This document shows, piece by piece, positions 31,437 to 42,276 of a stretch of DNA of 64,000 nt; the first letter of the stretch is position 1, and every line of letters begins with the position of its first letter. Where the stretch lies: positions 510,414-574,413 of the forward strand of contig CACGZD010000001.1 in the NCBI GenBank assembly GCA_902577425.1. Reading direction: 5' to 3'. Below the pieces are notes generated by a model. The model had not been told where the DNA came from. It worked only from the letters and a program-made list of their open reading frames with translations, and made no database searches. Both the position numbers and the translations under genes were made by a program. This DNA is from an uncultured Alphaproteobacteria bacterium. Lineage in GTDB: Bacteria; Pseudomonadota; Alphaproteobacteria; HIMB59; GCA-002718135.

Positions 31437-31885
31437 ATATTTATTTTTACGTCAACTTCATCAGATAAAGAATTAGCAACAAAACAGTATCGGTGTGAAC
31501 GATCTTGCATTTTTATCATTTCTTTCTTTGATACTTCAAAATTATTTGCAAAAGTGATTTGAGGATTTAATTCAATTTTAGTTACACACATCTTACCTTT
31601 TGAGTTTTTGCCAAGAAAGGCAACAGCTTTATCTTTATAATTTATAACGGGCCACTTCATTTTAGCGGCTAGAGCTAAAAAAGTCATCATGTGACAACTG
31701 CTAATAGACGCTGCTAGTCCTTGTTCAGGATTTAAGCTATTTTTATTTCCACCATAATCAGGAGCTGCACTAGATGGCATAGATATATCATCGTTTACAA
31801 AGATCATATGATCAGGAGAGTACTTGCCTGGCTCAAAATCTTTACCTGCTAAATCCCAGTTTAAATTAATTGATAATTCTTCCAT
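31433..31885 (-). CDS. OsmC/Ohr family peroxiredoxin-like protein
   Basis: NPEQGLAASISSCHMMTF and RYCFVANS two-Cys pattern. Confidence 0.88.
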   Translation of the reverse strand: MEELSINLNWDLAGKDFEPGKYSPDHMIFVNDDISMPSSAAPDYGGNKNSLNPEQGLAASISSCHMMTFLALAAKMKWPVINYKDKAVAFLGKNSKGKMCVTKIELNPQITFANNFEVSKKEMIKMQDRSHRYCFVANSLSDEVDVKINI

Positions 31886-31958
31886 AAAAAAATCTCATAA
31901 TCATATTTTTAAAATATTACAATAAACATTTATAAATTAATTTTTCGCTAAATTTATA

Positions 31959-31975
31959 TTTAGAATAATTCTAAT
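31959..31975. promoter_or_regulatory. Irr operator (ICE) between osmC-like gene and the Fe(III) binding protein gene
   Basis: TTTAGAATAATTCTAAT; first 15 nt identical to the katG site. Confidence 0.75.
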
Positions 31976-32083
31976 AAACTTCATATTGTCATTTACGTAC
32001 TGTTTTTTTTTAAAATAGTATTTTTTTTTAAATTTTTTTATTAAAAATCATTAATTTTTTTAACTAATGCGAGGACCTAATTT

Positions 32084-33091
32084 ATGAAATTATTAACTTT
32101 ATTACTAATTACAATTATTGGATTTACAAATATATCTATTGCGAAAGAGGTAAATGTTTACTCATATAGGCAACCAATACTTATAGACCCTTTTTTTGAA
32201 GAGTTTACAAAAACTACTGGAATAAAAGTAAATGTTCTTCATGCAAAAAAAGGCCTGTTAGAAAGAGTAGTTGCAGAAGGAGCTAATACACCTGCAGATT
32301 TGGTGTTGACAGTTGATATTGCAAGATTGAGCCAATTTGTACAAAAAGATTTATTGATGGAAGTGAATTCTGTTATTCTTAATAAAAATATACCCCCACA
32401 TCTCAGAGACAGTAATAATAAATGGTTTGCGTTATCAAAGAGAGCAAGGATATTAGCAGTTTCAAAAGACAGAGTTTCTAATAATTCTATTAAAAATATA
32501 GAAGATCTTGCTGATCCAAGATGGAGAGGGAAAATTTGTACAAGACCCGGTAGCCATGACTATAACAGATCTTTATTAGCATCAATTATTGCTGCTAATG
32601 GAGAAGAAAAAGCAGAAGAGTGGGCATCAAATTTAGTTTTAAATTTAGCAAGAAAACCAGAAGGAAATGACAGAGCGCAAGCTAAGGCGGTTCACGAAGG
32701 AGTTTGTGATATTGCTGTGATGAATACTTATTATTTTGGTAAAATGAAATTTAATGAAAAGAATCCAGAACAAAAAGAATGGGCAAAATCCATTAACTTA
32801 ATATTTACTAATCAAGATAACAGAGGAAATCATATAAACGTTGCAGGTGGGGGTGTTGTAAAATATTCAAAGAACAAGGATAATGCTATTGCTCTACTTG
32901 AGTTTTTGACTCAACCTGAAGCACAAATATTATATTCAAAAATGAACTATGAATATCCAGTTAATCCAAATGTTGAGCCATCTGAAGAGCTAAGTTCCTG
33001 GGGAGTTTTTATAGAAGATCAATTACCTGTTGAGCGACTTGCAGAACTTGCTCCTACTGCTCAAAAAATTATTGATAGAGTTGGTTGGTAG
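32084..33091 (+). CDS. Fe(III) ABC transporter substrate-binding protein (FutA/FbpA-like)
   Basis: VNVYSYRQ, TVDIARL, RPGSHDYN, NTYYFG tandem Tyr iron ligands. Confidence 0.92.
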   Translation: MKLLTLLLITIIGFTNISIAKEVNVYSYRQPILIDPFFEEFTKTTGIKVNVLHAKKGLLERVVAEGANTPADLVLTVDIARLSQFVQKDLLMEVNSVILNKNIPPHLRDSNNKWFALSKRARILAVSKDRVSNNSIKNIEDLADPRWRGKICTRPGSHDYNRSLLASIIAANGEEKAEEWASNLVLNLARKPEGNDRAQAKAVHEGVCDIAVMNTYYFGKMKFNEKNPEQKEWAKSINLIFTNQDNRGNHINVAGGGVVKYSKNKDNAIALLEFLTQPEAQILYSKMNYEYPVNPNVEPSEELSSWGVFIEDQLPVERLAELAPTAQKIIDRVGW

Positions 33092-33110
33092 CCTATAAGT
33101 AGATCTTATT

Positions 33111-34712
33111 GTGTCTAGTTGGAATATTTGGTCAGTACCGGTTGGAATTATTTCTTTATTTATAATTTCACCAGTACTGGCTATTTTTTATTCTGCACTT
33201 TTGGGAGATACAACGTTATGGCCACATCTTTTTTCAACAGTCTTACCAAGATATCTTGTAAATACTTTATTATTAATGCTAGGTGTTGGAAGTTTAAGTT
33301 TGCTCTTTGGCATATCTACTGCATGGTTGGTATCGAGATATGAATTTCCAGGAAGATCTATTTTTGAATGGGCTCTCTTATTACCTGCTGCAGTTCCAGC
33401 TTATATAATTGCTTATACTTATACAGATCTCCTAGAATATGCTGGTCCTGTTCAAGGATATTTAAGAGAAGTTTTTAATTGGCAAAATTCACAAGATTAT
33501 TGGTTTCCTAATATAAGGTCAATGGAAGGTGCTATTCTAGTTATGTCATCAGTTTTGTATCCATATATTTATTTATTAACTCGGGCATCATTCATAACTC
33601 TTCCTATTTCATATTTTCAAACTAGCGCAATCTATGGGCGAAAGCCTTTTTTTGCAGTTGCTCTTCCATTAGCAAGACCTGCAATAATTGCTGGTTTAGC
33701 TCTTGTCTTGATGGAAACAATTTCTGATTTTGGCACAGTAGATTATTTTGCAATAGAAACTCTAACACTAGGCGTATTTAACGTGTGGCTTGGAATGAAT
33801 AGTCTCTCTGGCGCTGCTCAAATATCTTCAATATTATTTTTTATAGTAGTAATACTTTTAACATTAGAATTAATAGCAAGGCGAAATCAGAGATTTTATG
33901 AAAAACATAGCAGGCAAGAAACAATAGATTTAGACAAGATTTCAAATTATCAAAAAATATTATTTTTTATAACTTGCTTAATCCCACTAATACTTGGCTT
34001 TATTATTCCAGTATCTGTATTATTAAACTTTGTTTTAAAAGGGTATTCCGTTGTTAATATAAGTGAAGTTGTAGATACGGCTATTACAAGTATCACTATT
34101 TCATTTGTTGCATCTACAACGATTATGCTTTTATCTTTTCTTATGGTAGTTGTTGCAACTTACAAGTCTAACACTTTTCAGAAATCACTAATTTTTTTAG
34201 CATCTTGTGGATACGCATTTCCTGGAACAATTTTAGCGGTTGGAGTTGTTGTTTTTGTAGGATGGTTAAATGAGATTTTCTATTTCCACATAAATTATTT
34301 TATTGGTGGATTTATAGTATTAATTTTTGCTTATACATTGCGTTTTTTAGCAATTGGTAATGGATCAATCAGATCAGGCATTATGAGAATTAATCCTAAT
34401 CTTATTGATGCTTCGAGAACAATGGGCAGAAGTTTTTTAACAACAATGAAAAAAGTTATATTACCTCTGACTTATACAAATATATTGGTGGGGGGAATTT
34501 TAGTTTTTGTAGATATTTTAAAAGAACTCCCAATTACTCTTTTATTAAGACCTTTTAATTTTGAAACACTTGCTACATATGTCTATCAGTATGCATCAGA
34601 TGAAATGTTGGAAGAATCATCTTTTGCAGCTCTAATAATTGTAGTAGCGGGTCTGGGCCCTGTTATTTTTTTAAGCAGAACAATAAAAAAATATTCTAAT
34701 AAAACAAATTAA
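33111..34712 (+). CDS. Fe(III) ABC transporter permease
   Basis: Duplicated permease domain, PAYIIAY, ETISDFG, KELPITL. Confidence 0.92.
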   Translation: MSSWNIWSVPVGIISLFIISPVLAIFYSALLGDTTLWPHLFSTVLPRYLVNTLLLMLGVGSLSLLFGISTAWLVSRYEFPGRSIFEWALLLPAAVPAYIIAYTYTDLLEYAGPVQGYLREVFNWQNSQDYWFPNIRSMEGAILVMSSVLYPYIYLLTRASFITLPISYFQTSAIYGRKPFFAVALPLARPAIIAGLALVLMETISDFGTVDYFAIETLTLGVFNVWLGMNSLSGAAQISSILFFIVVILLTLELIARRNQRFYEKHSRQETIDLDKISNYQKILFFITCLIPLILGFIIPVSVLLNFVLKGYSVVNISEVVDTAITSITISFVASTTIMLLSFLMVVVATYKSNTFQKSLIFLASCGYAFPGTILAVGVVVFVGWLNEIFYFHINYFIGGFIVLIFAYTLRFLAIGNGSIRSGIMRINPNLIDASRTMGRSFLTTMKKVILPLTYTNILVGGILVFVDILKELPITLLLRPFNFETLATYVYQYASDEMLEESSFAALIIVVAGLGPVIFLSRTIKKYSNKTN

Positions 34713-35758
34713 TTAGCAGGAAAAATAAAAGTCTTCTCTGTATCAATCTCTATGCCTACTGCACTGGATTGGTTGGGTAAAAAATTTGGGGGCATATGAC
34801 TATGAACGTGAACAATTTCATTATCATTATTTAATACTGATAAATGAATAAAACTATAACCCCCCATTAATTTTGATGCCATCACCGTTCCTTTAATTCC
34901 ATTAACAGGAGTTTGTTCTTGATTTAATTTAACTGCCTCAGGTCTAATGTATACATTTACATTTTTAGACTCTAGGCTTTCATCGACTTTAAATTCTCCG
35001 ACAGGTGTTTCAACAGTTTTGTTTTTTACCATTCCACTAAATTTATTTGTTTCTCCAAAAAAATTTGCAACGTATGATGAGTTTGGCAGATTATATAATT
35101 CTTTTGGAGATCCAGATTGTACTATTCTACCTTCTTTATTCATAATATAAATTTTATTAGAAATAAACATAGCTTCAAATGGATCATGTGTTACAACTAA
35201 AACTGAAATATTAGACTTTTGAAGCAAGTGTAAAGTATCATCCCTAACTTCTTCTCTTAAATTTAAATCTAGACTTGAAAAAGGTTCATCAAGTAATAAA
35301 ATATCTGGTTTTGCAATAATTGAACGTGCCAAAGCTACTCTTTGTTGCTCCCCACCACTTAATTCGTGCGGATACTTATCTAAAGAATCAGATAGTTTAA
35401 TTACATCTAATATTTCCTTAATTGTATGAGAGATAGATTTATTTTTAATAGCAAATTGCAAGTTTTCTTTAACTGTTTGGTGAGGAAACAAAGCGTAGTC
35501 TTGAAATAAAAAACCTATTTTTCTTTTTTCTGTTTTTAAATGAATATTATTTGAGCTTACCAGATTGTTATTTAAATAAATTTCTCCATCTTGGACATGT
35601 GATAAGCCTGCAATAAGTTTTAACAAAGTTGTTTTTCCACACCCTGAGGGACCAAGAATGCAAGCAATTTTATCTTTCTCTAATTCTAAATTAATTTTAT
35701 TTAATATCTTTTTATCTTTTATTGAGTAACTTAAGTCTTTTATATTAACTGATAACAT
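34709..35758 (-). CDS. Fe(III)/PotA-type ABC ATP-binding protein (FbpC-like)
   Basis: GPSGCGKT, LFQDYALFPH, LSGGEQQR, LLDEPF, C-terminal TOBE-like region. Confidence 0.85.
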   Translation of the reverse strand: MLSVNIKDLSYSIKDKKILNKINLELEKDKIACILGPSGCGKTTLLKLIAGLSHVQDGEIYLNNNLVSSNNIHLKTEKRKIGFLFQDYALFPHQTVKENLQFAIKNKSISHTIKEILDVIKLSDSLDKYPHELSGGEQQRVALARSIIAKPDILLLDEPFSSLDLNLREEVRDDTLHLLQKSNISVLVVTHDPFEAMFISNKIYIMNKEGRIVQSGSPKELYNLPNSSYVANFFGETNKFSGMVKNKTVETPVGEFKVDESLESKNVNVYIRPEAVKLNQEQTPVNGIKGTVMASKLMGGYSFIHLSVLNNDNEIVHVHSHMPPNFLPNQSSAVGIEIDTEKTFIFPAN

Positions 35759-35761
35759 GAG

Positions 35762-36583
35762 CTATCCTATAACAGGATATTGTTTTGAAACAATTGGTAT
35801 CCACTCTTTTAATTTTTTTATTCTATTATCAGGAGATGGGTGAGTACTAAAAAATTCTGAAGGTCCAGACCCCCCCATATCTTCTTTCATTCTTTCCCAA
35901 ACTTTATATGACTCGTTAATATCATAACCAGCTAAACTTGAAAAAATTAAACCTAAGTAGTCTGCTTCGGACTCTTGTCTTCTATTAAAGGGTAGATCTA
36001 ATCCAAATTGTCTTACATATCCAGCAGCCTGTGGTAGTCTCTGTCCTAACACTAATTGTTCTAATGCCATAATTCCAAGATCAGTTACCATAGCAGTGCT
36101 TGCTCTTTCTGCAGAATGTCTTGCTACAGCATGAGCTATTTCATGTCCCATAACAGATGCTATTCCATCTTGGTTTTTTAGAATTGGTAATATACCTGAA
36201 TAAAATGCAATTTTACCACCAGGCATACACCATGCGTTTTTTGTTTGATCATCATCAACAAGAATAAATTCCCATTGAAAATTAGAAGTAGGATTTTTTT
36301 GTGAATTAGTTTCATAATAAACATTAATAGCATCACGAGTTTTAAAACCAATATCAACAATTTGATTGTATTCGGAAGTACCAGTTATAAGTTTGGATTG
36401 TGATTTAAAATTATTATAGGCAGGAAAGGTTCTTGAATATAAAAAATCATCTGACATAATATTTAATTGTTTTCGTTCTGAAAGTGCAACTTCAGTACAT
36501 GAAGATAATAATAGTGAAGCTCCGCACATGCAGCCCCCACCAATAATAAATTTTCTTCTGGATAAATTATTTATTTGTGTCAT
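35762..36583 (-). CDS. M48 metallopeptidase, Tat lipoprotein
   Basis: SRRKFI, LSSC lipobox, NAWCMPGGK, HEIAH, ESEAD, STHP. Confidence 0.9.
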   Translation of the reverse strand: MTQINNLSRRKFIIGGGCMCGASLLLSSCTEVALSERKQLNIMSDDFLYSRTFPAYNNFKSQSKLITGTSEYNQIVDIGFKTRDAINVYYETNSQKNPTSNFQWEFILVDDDQTKNAWCMPGGKIAFYSGILPILKNQDGIASVMGHEIAHAVARHSAERASTAMVTDLGIMALEQLVLGQRLPQAAGYVRQFGLDLPFNRRQESEADYLGLIFSSLAGYDINESYKVWERMKEDMGGSGPSEFFSTHPSPDNRIKKLKEWIPIVSKQYPVIG

Positions 36584-36610
36584 TTAATATATAAATATAA
36601 AAAAAATCAC

Positions 36611-37591
36611 ATGAACTCAACAGAACAAATATTTAAATCTGAAATACACGTTCATTTAGAGGCGACAATTACCCCAGATTTGTGTCGTAAATTTGCTAAG
36701 CGAAATAATGTCAACTTATCAGAGGATCTTTTTGGTACAAAATATGCTTATGAGTGGGATGATTTTTATGATTTTATTAAAAAATATGATTTGATCACCT
36801 CTGTTATTCATACACCAGAAGACTACAGAGAATTAACATATCAATACTTAAAAGATTGTGCTGCTAGTGACACAATCTATGTTGAAGCAATGGTCTCTTC
36901 TACCCATGCTAAGAAAAAGGGTATGACTTATCACTCCTTTTTAGATGGTGTCCATGAAGCTTCTTTACAGGCTGAAAAAGATTTTGGAATAGTTTCTAGA
37001 TTTATAATGAATGGCATAAGGCACTTAGGTCCTGAATCTGTTCAAGATACTGCCTATGAAGTTTTGAACAATCCTCACCCTTGTCTTGTTGGGTTTGGTT
37101 TAGCAGGAGATGAATTGCATTTTCCACCCAATCTATTTGTTAAAACATTTGATATGCTTAAAGAAGCAAATTTTCCTATTACTGTTCATGCAGGAGAATG
37201 GGATGGTCCAGAAAATATTAGAAATGCTATAAAGCTATTACATCCCACAAGATTAGGACATGGAGTACGGTCTATTGAAGATGCAAATTTAGTTCAAGAA
37301 ATCATTGAACAAGAAATTATTTTAGAAACTTGTCCAACAAGCAATATTGCTACAAAAATTTATGATAGTTATGAAAATCATCCTGTTAAAAAATTATATG
37401 ATGCCGGCGTTAAAATAACAGTTAATTCGGATGACCCCCCTTTTTTTAATGCAACAATTCAAGGTGAATACGACGTAATGTCTAAGTTAGGATTATCGAA
37501 TGATGAGTTAAGATCTTTAACGTATAATGCAATACAATCATCTTTTTGCGAAGATCAAATAAAAGAAAAATTATTAATTAAATTAAGCTAG
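36611..37591 (+). CDS. add: Adenosine/adenine deaminase
   Basis: HVHLE, VHAGE, RLGHG, CPTSN, NSDDP. Confidence 0.92.
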   Translation: MNSTEQIFKSEIHVHLEATITPDLCRKFAKRNNVNLSEDLFGTKYAYEWDDFYDFIKKYDLITSVIHTPEDYRELTYQYLKDCAASDTIYVEAMVSSTHAKKKGMTYHSFLDGVHEASLQAEKDFGIVSRFIMNGIRHLGPESVQDTAYEVLNNPHPCLVGFGLAGDELHFPPNLFVKTFDMLKEANFPITVHAGEWDGPENIRNAIKLLHPTRLGHGVRSIEDANLVQEIIEQEIILETCPTSNIATKIYDSYENHPVKKLYDAGVKITVNSDDPPFFNATIQGEYDVMSKLGLSNDELRSLTYNAIQSSFCEDQIKEKLLIKLS

Positions 37592-38552
37592 ATAATTTTA
37601 CCAAAGGTCTGGCACCATAATGTGATATTACTTCTGCTGAAGCAACAGATGCTAAATGACCACATTCTTTAAGTTCTTTTTTTCTCGACATACCAAATAA
37701 AAATCCTGAAGCAAAAAGATCGCCTGCTCCTGTTGTATCTACTACTTTATCAACTTTTATAGGTTCTATTTCTATAACATCATTATTATTGACAATTACT
37801 GATCCTTTATCACCAAGAGTAATTGCACAAATAATTTTTAATGATTTAGCATATTCTATCCCTTCTTCGATAGTTGAAGATTGAGACATAGAACAAATCT
37901 CATCACTATTGCCAAATAGAATATCAATGTCATTATGAATTAATTCTGAAAAAGAATCACGATGGCGATCAACACAAAATAAGTCTGACAAAGTAAATGC
38001 AACTTTCTGATCATCTGCCTTACATATATCTACCATTTTTTTCATTGCCTTTTTTGCGTTTTCATTATCCCATAGATAGCCTTCTAAATAAGCCATTTTA
38101 TGATTAACAATTTGATTCTCTTTTATATCTTCGGGACTAATTAAAGTTCCTGCCCCAAGAAATGTGCACATTGTTCTTGTGCCATCTTCTTCCACAAAAA
38201 TAGTACAACAACCAGTAGAAATATCAGGAGAAGTAAAGCCTAGAGGAAATTGCAAACCCTCACGTATCATATCTTTTTGTAAAAAATCTCCAATATTATC
38301 ATCTTTAATTTTGCCAATAAAACTTCCATTACCTCCAAAAGAAGTAATGCCAAACATTGAATTTCCTAAGGATCCGCCCCCAATCATTTCTTTGATTTTG
38401 TATTCTTGATGTAGATTATTTTTTAAATCTTCATCAATTAGATTCATGGAATCACGATTAATATTATGTTTTTCAATCTCATTTTGATTTGAAGGAATGA
38501 TTGCATCAACCATTGCATTTCCTATACCTACTACGTCTAGTCTTTCACTCAT
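37578..38552 (-). CDS. PfkB-family kinase (adenosine/inosine kinase-like)
   Basis: GIGNAMVD, GGSLGNS, GTRTMCTFLG, DTTGAGDLFASG. Confidence 0.88.
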   Translation of the reverse strand: MSERLDVVGIGNAMVDAIIPSNQNEIEKHNINRDSMNLIDEDLKNNLHQEYKIKEMIGGGSLGNSMFGITSFGGNGSFIGKIKDDNIGDFLQKDMIREGLQFPLGFTSPDISTGCCTIFVEEDGTRTMCTFLGAGTLISPEDIKENQIVNHKMAYLEGYLWDNENAKKAMKKMVDICKADDQKVAFTLSDLFCVDRHRDSFSELIHNDIDILFGNSDEICSMSQSSTIEEGIEYAKSLKIICAITLGDKGSVIVNNNDVIEIEPIKVDKVVDTTGAGDLFASGFLFGMSRKKELKECGHLASVASAEVISHYGARPLVKLSSLI

Positions 38553-38553
38553 C

Positions 38554-39438
38554 TTATTTTTTATTTGTATAAATTGGAATTAGCTGCACTATAATCACTC
38601 CTATAAAAATTGCAATACAACCGAGTATTTTATTTGTATCTAAAACCTGGTTTATTAAAATCCATCCTGCAATTGTTCCGAATACTGACTCCATTGATAA
38701 AATAATAGCAGCAGGGGCGGGACTAGCTTTGCTTTGAGCAATGATTTGAAGTGTGTATCCTATACCAGCAGAAGCTACGCCTGTATAAATAAGCTCAAAC
38801 CATTCTAATTTTATATTTGCTAGTGTAGGAGTTTCAAATGAGAAGGCTAAAATCGTAGAACACAAAAAAACAACTGCATACTGTATAAATCCAAACGTAA
38901 AAGGACTATAAAATTGTTTCATAAATACATCGATCAAGATTATGTGAATTGCAAAACATACTGCTGCGATAAACAATAAACTATCAGATCTTTGTATTTC
39001 TAGTGCTTGATTAGAAGATAGCAAATAGGAACCATAGATACATAACAAAACAGCTATCCAAACAATCCAATGCAATCTGGATTTAAAAATAAACCGTGAA
39101 ATTAAACTTACTATTGGCACATAAAGAGTACTTAAAAATGAAGCATTAGCAATTTGAGATTTTAGCAATGCATATTGCTGAAGTCCCATTCCACCAAACA
39201 AAGCAAGGCCAGCAAATAAACTTAAATAAATAAAATTTTTATTTTTAAAAAAAATTTCAAAATTCTGTTTTTCAAAATACAAAGCCAAAGGCAAAACAGT
39301 TAAAGCTGCCAAAAAAAAACGTGCAAAACTAAATGTGAAGGGTCCAATAAAACCCATACCAGTTGTTTGACTAACAAAGGCCGTTCCCCATATTAAGGAA
39401 GCGATTAACATTAAAAAATTTGCCTTCATGTGGCTCAT
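38554..39438 (-). CDS. DMT/EamA family transporter
   Basis: Ten hydrophobic segments, IWGTAFV, ILSMESVF. Confidence 0.88.
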   Translation of the reverse strand: MSHMKANFLMLIASLIWGTAFVSQTTGMGFIGPFTFSFARFFLAALTVLPLALYFEKQNFEIFFKNKNFIYLSLFAGLALFGGMGLQQYALLKSQIANASFLSTLYVPIVSLISRFIFKSRLHWIVWIAVLLCIYGSYLLSSNQALEIQRSDSLLFIAAVCFAIHIILIDVFMKQFYSPFTFGFIQYAVVFLCSTILAFSFETPTLANIKLEWFELIYTGVASAGIGYTLQIIAQSKASPAPAAIILSMESVFGTIAGWILINQVLDTNKILGCIAIFIGVIIVQLIPIYTNKK

Positions 39439-39456
39439 ATAAATAATCCTTATTTG

Positions 39457-41262
39457 TTATCTTTGAAGTTTTGAGGCTTTTTCTGAATTAGCCCACCATG
39501 ACTCTATAACTAAGCCATACAAGGGAATCTCATCCGGAAATTCCAAAAAATTCCAATAGGCTATACGGTCTGTATTACTATGATACAAGGGAATAACATA
39601 GTGCCCCCATAATAAAACTCTGTCTAATGCATGGATAGCCGTTGTTAATTCTTCTCTAGTTTTTGCTCCTATTAAAGTTTCAATTAAACTATCCACTACT
39701 GGACTATTAACCCCAGCATAATTTTTACTTCCATCTTTTTTACCAACTTCAGATCCCCAATAAAATTGTTGCTCATTTCCTGGACTCAAGCTTACATTCC
39801 AAGAAGCTTTAATCATATCAAAATCATAATTTAGCATTCTTGCTTGATATTGAGAAGAATCTACAGTTCGCACGGACATAGTAATACCTAAAACCTCCAA
39901 AGTTTTTTGAAAAGCCAATGCTATTTTTTCTACAGAAGGACTTACGATTAAAAATTCAAAGGCAAATTCTTTTCCATCTTTCATTAATTTTCCATCTTCA
40001 ACAAACCAACCTTCACCTTCAAGAATTTTTTTTGCTATACGCAAATTATCACGAGGCATACCTGATCCATCAGAAACAGGTGGTTGGTAGGTTTGATTAA
40101 ATATTTCTTTAGGTAATTGATTCTTCCAAGGATTAAGAAGTTTTAATTCATTTTCAGATGGTAGTCCTGAGGATGCCAGTGGAGAATTATCAAAATAACT
40201 ATCTGTACGAGTATAAGCATTATTATATAAAGCTTTATTGATCCATTCATGATCATAGGCATAGCTTAATGCAAGCCTTACCTGAGGGTTGTTGAAAATT
40301 TCTTTTCTTGAGTTCATAACAAGAGCATTCATTCCAGTTGGTCGATCATTTTTCATTTCCTGTAAAATGACATCCCCTCTATCTACTGCATCAAAAGTAT
40401 AATTACTTTGCCATCGTTTAGCATTGTACTCTCTTCTATAATCATATTCCCCAACCTTAAATGCTTCTAGTAGTACATTCGAGTCTTTGTAGTAATCATA
40501 AATTAACGTATCAAAATTATATTGACCCTTATTTGCTAATAAATCTTTTGCCCAATAATCTTTGACTCTTTGATATTTAATTTGTCTGCCAGGCTCTAAA
40601 CTTTCTATAGTATACGGACCACTGCCGAGAGGAATATCAAGAAAAGTTTTAGTTACATCAATATTTTCATAATATTTTTTTGGAACAATTGGGAGGAAGC
40701 CAGCTATGATTAATGGCAATTCTTTATCTTCATTGTTAACAAAGATCATTTTAATTCCATTTTGATCTACGAGTTCTGTTTTAATAACTTTGCCGTATGT
40801 TTTCTTTTGATTAGGCGTTCCCTTATTTTGAAAAGTTTCAAGACTAAACAAAACATCTTCTCTAGTAATAGGAGAGCCATCATGAAATTTAGCTTTAGGA
40901 TTTATATAAAATGTTATGGAAGATCGGTCTTCTGGCATTTCTGCATATTCTGCTATTAAACCATATAATGAAAAAGCCTCATCCCATACTCTTCGCATTA
41001 AGGTGTCATTTATATAGCCCAACCCTGCTGCTCTCGATCCTTTGAAAGCTATACGATTTAAATTATCAAAAGAACCATAAACACCTAAGCGCAAGACACC
41101 CCCTTTGGGCGCATCTGGATTGACATAGGGAAGATGCTTTTTATCCGAACCATGCATTGGTAATCCATGCATAGCGATCCCATGCATTTTATTTGCTAGA
41201 CCAGACTGAGAAAATAAAAAAACAAATAAAAGTATAATAAATTTATGACATATAAATTTCAT
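39457..41262 (-). CDS. Family 5 ABC substrate-binding protein (YejA-like)
   Basis: HGIAMHG, YVNPDAPKGG, YGLIAE, PLGSGPY, DYWAKDL, LDRVLLWGHYVIP. Confidence 0.88.
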   Translation of the reverse strand: MKFICHKFIILLFVFLFSQSGLANKMHGIAMHGLPMHGSDKKHLPYVNPDAPKGGVLRLGVYGSFDNLNRIAFKGSRAAGLGYINDTLMRRVWDEAFSLYGLIAEYAEMPEDRSSITFYINPKAKFHDGSPITREDVLFSLETFQNKGTPNQKKTYGKVIKTELVDQNGIKMIFVNNEDKELPLIIAGFLPIVPKKYYENIDVTKTFLDIPLGSGPYTIESLEPGRQIKYQRVKDYWAKDLLANKGQYNFDTLIYDYYKDSNVLLEAFKVGEYDYRREYNAKRWQSNYTFDAVDRGDVILQEMKNDRPTGMNALVMNSRKEIFNNPQVRLALSYAYDHEWINKALYNNAYTRTDSYFDNSPLASSGLPSENELKLLNPWKNQLPKEIFNQTYQPPVSDGSGMPRDNLRIAKKILEGEGWFVEDGKLMKDGKEFAFEFLIVSPSVEKIALAFQKTLEVLGITMSVRTVDSSQYQARMLNYDFDMIKASWNVSLSPGNEQQFYWGSEVGKKDGSKNYAGVNSPVVDSLIETLIGAKTREELTTAIHALDRVLLWGHYVIPLYHSNTDRIAYWNFLEFPDEIPLYGLVIESWWANSEKASKLQR

Positions 41263-41352
41263 ATTTGTTATCTTATCAATAGTTACTATATAAATGAAGT
41301 AACTTTATGATAATTTATCAAAGTTAATATTTTAGTATATAGTTTTATTTTA

Positions 41353-42273
41353 ATGAAAAAAATTTTACCTTCAGAAATTACCCCATATTCAACATATTTG
41401 AATAGAAGAAAATTTGTCAAAACTGCAAGCGCCTTTTCTATAGCTACATCGCTATCTCTTTCGGCAAAAGCTTTACATAATAACGATTCATCTAAATACA
41501 TTTCAAAATTAGATGAAAATGATGAGCTAAATACCTATGAAGAAATAACAACCTATAATAATTTTTATGAATTTGGAATGGGCAAATCTGATCCGTCAAA
41601 TAACTCAAGCTTGTTTAATCCTAAACCTTGGACTATCAAAATTGAAGGCTTAGTAGAAAAACCATTAGAGATAAATTTAGAAGATCTGCTAAAAAAAATT
41701 CAGATTGAAGATCGTATATATAGACTTAGATGTGTCGAAGCGTGGTCAATGGTAATTCCATGGCAGGGTTTTCCATTATCAGAGTTAATTAAAATTGCTT
41801 CTCCCCTCAGTAGCGCAAAATATATTCAATTTGTCACTATCTTTCGACCTGAAGAAATGCCGGGACAAAAAAGACGTCTATTGCCATGGCCTTATGTTGA
41901 AGGTTTAAGAATGGATGAAGCAATGAACCCACTAACAATTTTATCAACTGGTTTATATGGCCATGATTTATTAAATCAAAACGGCGCTCCCCTTAGACTT
42001 GTAGTTCCTTGGAAATATGGGTTTAAATCAATTAAATCCATTGAAACTATTCGTTTTGTTGAAAAACAACCAAGTGCTACATGGTCAATGGTAGCTCCAA
42101 ATGAGTATGGTTTTTATTCAAATGTAAATAATACTGTAGACCATCCAAGATGGAGCCAAGCAACTGAAAGAAGAATTGGTGAATTTATGCGTCGTCCCAC
42201 TCTCATGTTTAATGGATATGAAGAAGAAGTTGCTCATTTGTATAAAGATATGGATCTTCAAACATATTATTAA
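41353..42273 (+). CDS. msrP: Methionine sulfoxide reductase catalytic subunit
   Basis: Tat [41 protein letters not shown]. Confidence 0.96.
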   Translation: MKKILPSEITPYSTYLNRRKFVKTASAFSIATSLSLSAKALHNNDSSKYISKLDENDELNTYEEITTYNNFYEFGMGKSDPSNNSSLFNPKPWTIKIEGLVEKPLEINLEDLLKKIQIEDRIYRLRCVEAWSMVIPWQGFPLSELIKIASPLSSAKYIQFVTIFRPEEMPGQKRRLLPWPYVEGLRMDEAMNPLTILSTGLYGHDLLNQNGAPLRLVVPWKYGFKSIKSIETIRFVEKQPSATWSMVAPNEYGFYSNVNNTVDHPRWSQATERRIGEFMRRPTLMFNGYEEEVAHLYKDMDLQTYY

Positions 42274-42276
42274 AAT

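Noticed and set aside
41308-41320. Fur-box-like TGATAA-T-TTATCA between yejA-like gene and msrP
   Set aside because: Shorter than a 7-1-7 Fur box, all-AT-biased, no supporting second site.
41286-41501. 71-aa minus-strand ORF
   Set aside because: Overlaps msrP start and promoter region; no motif.
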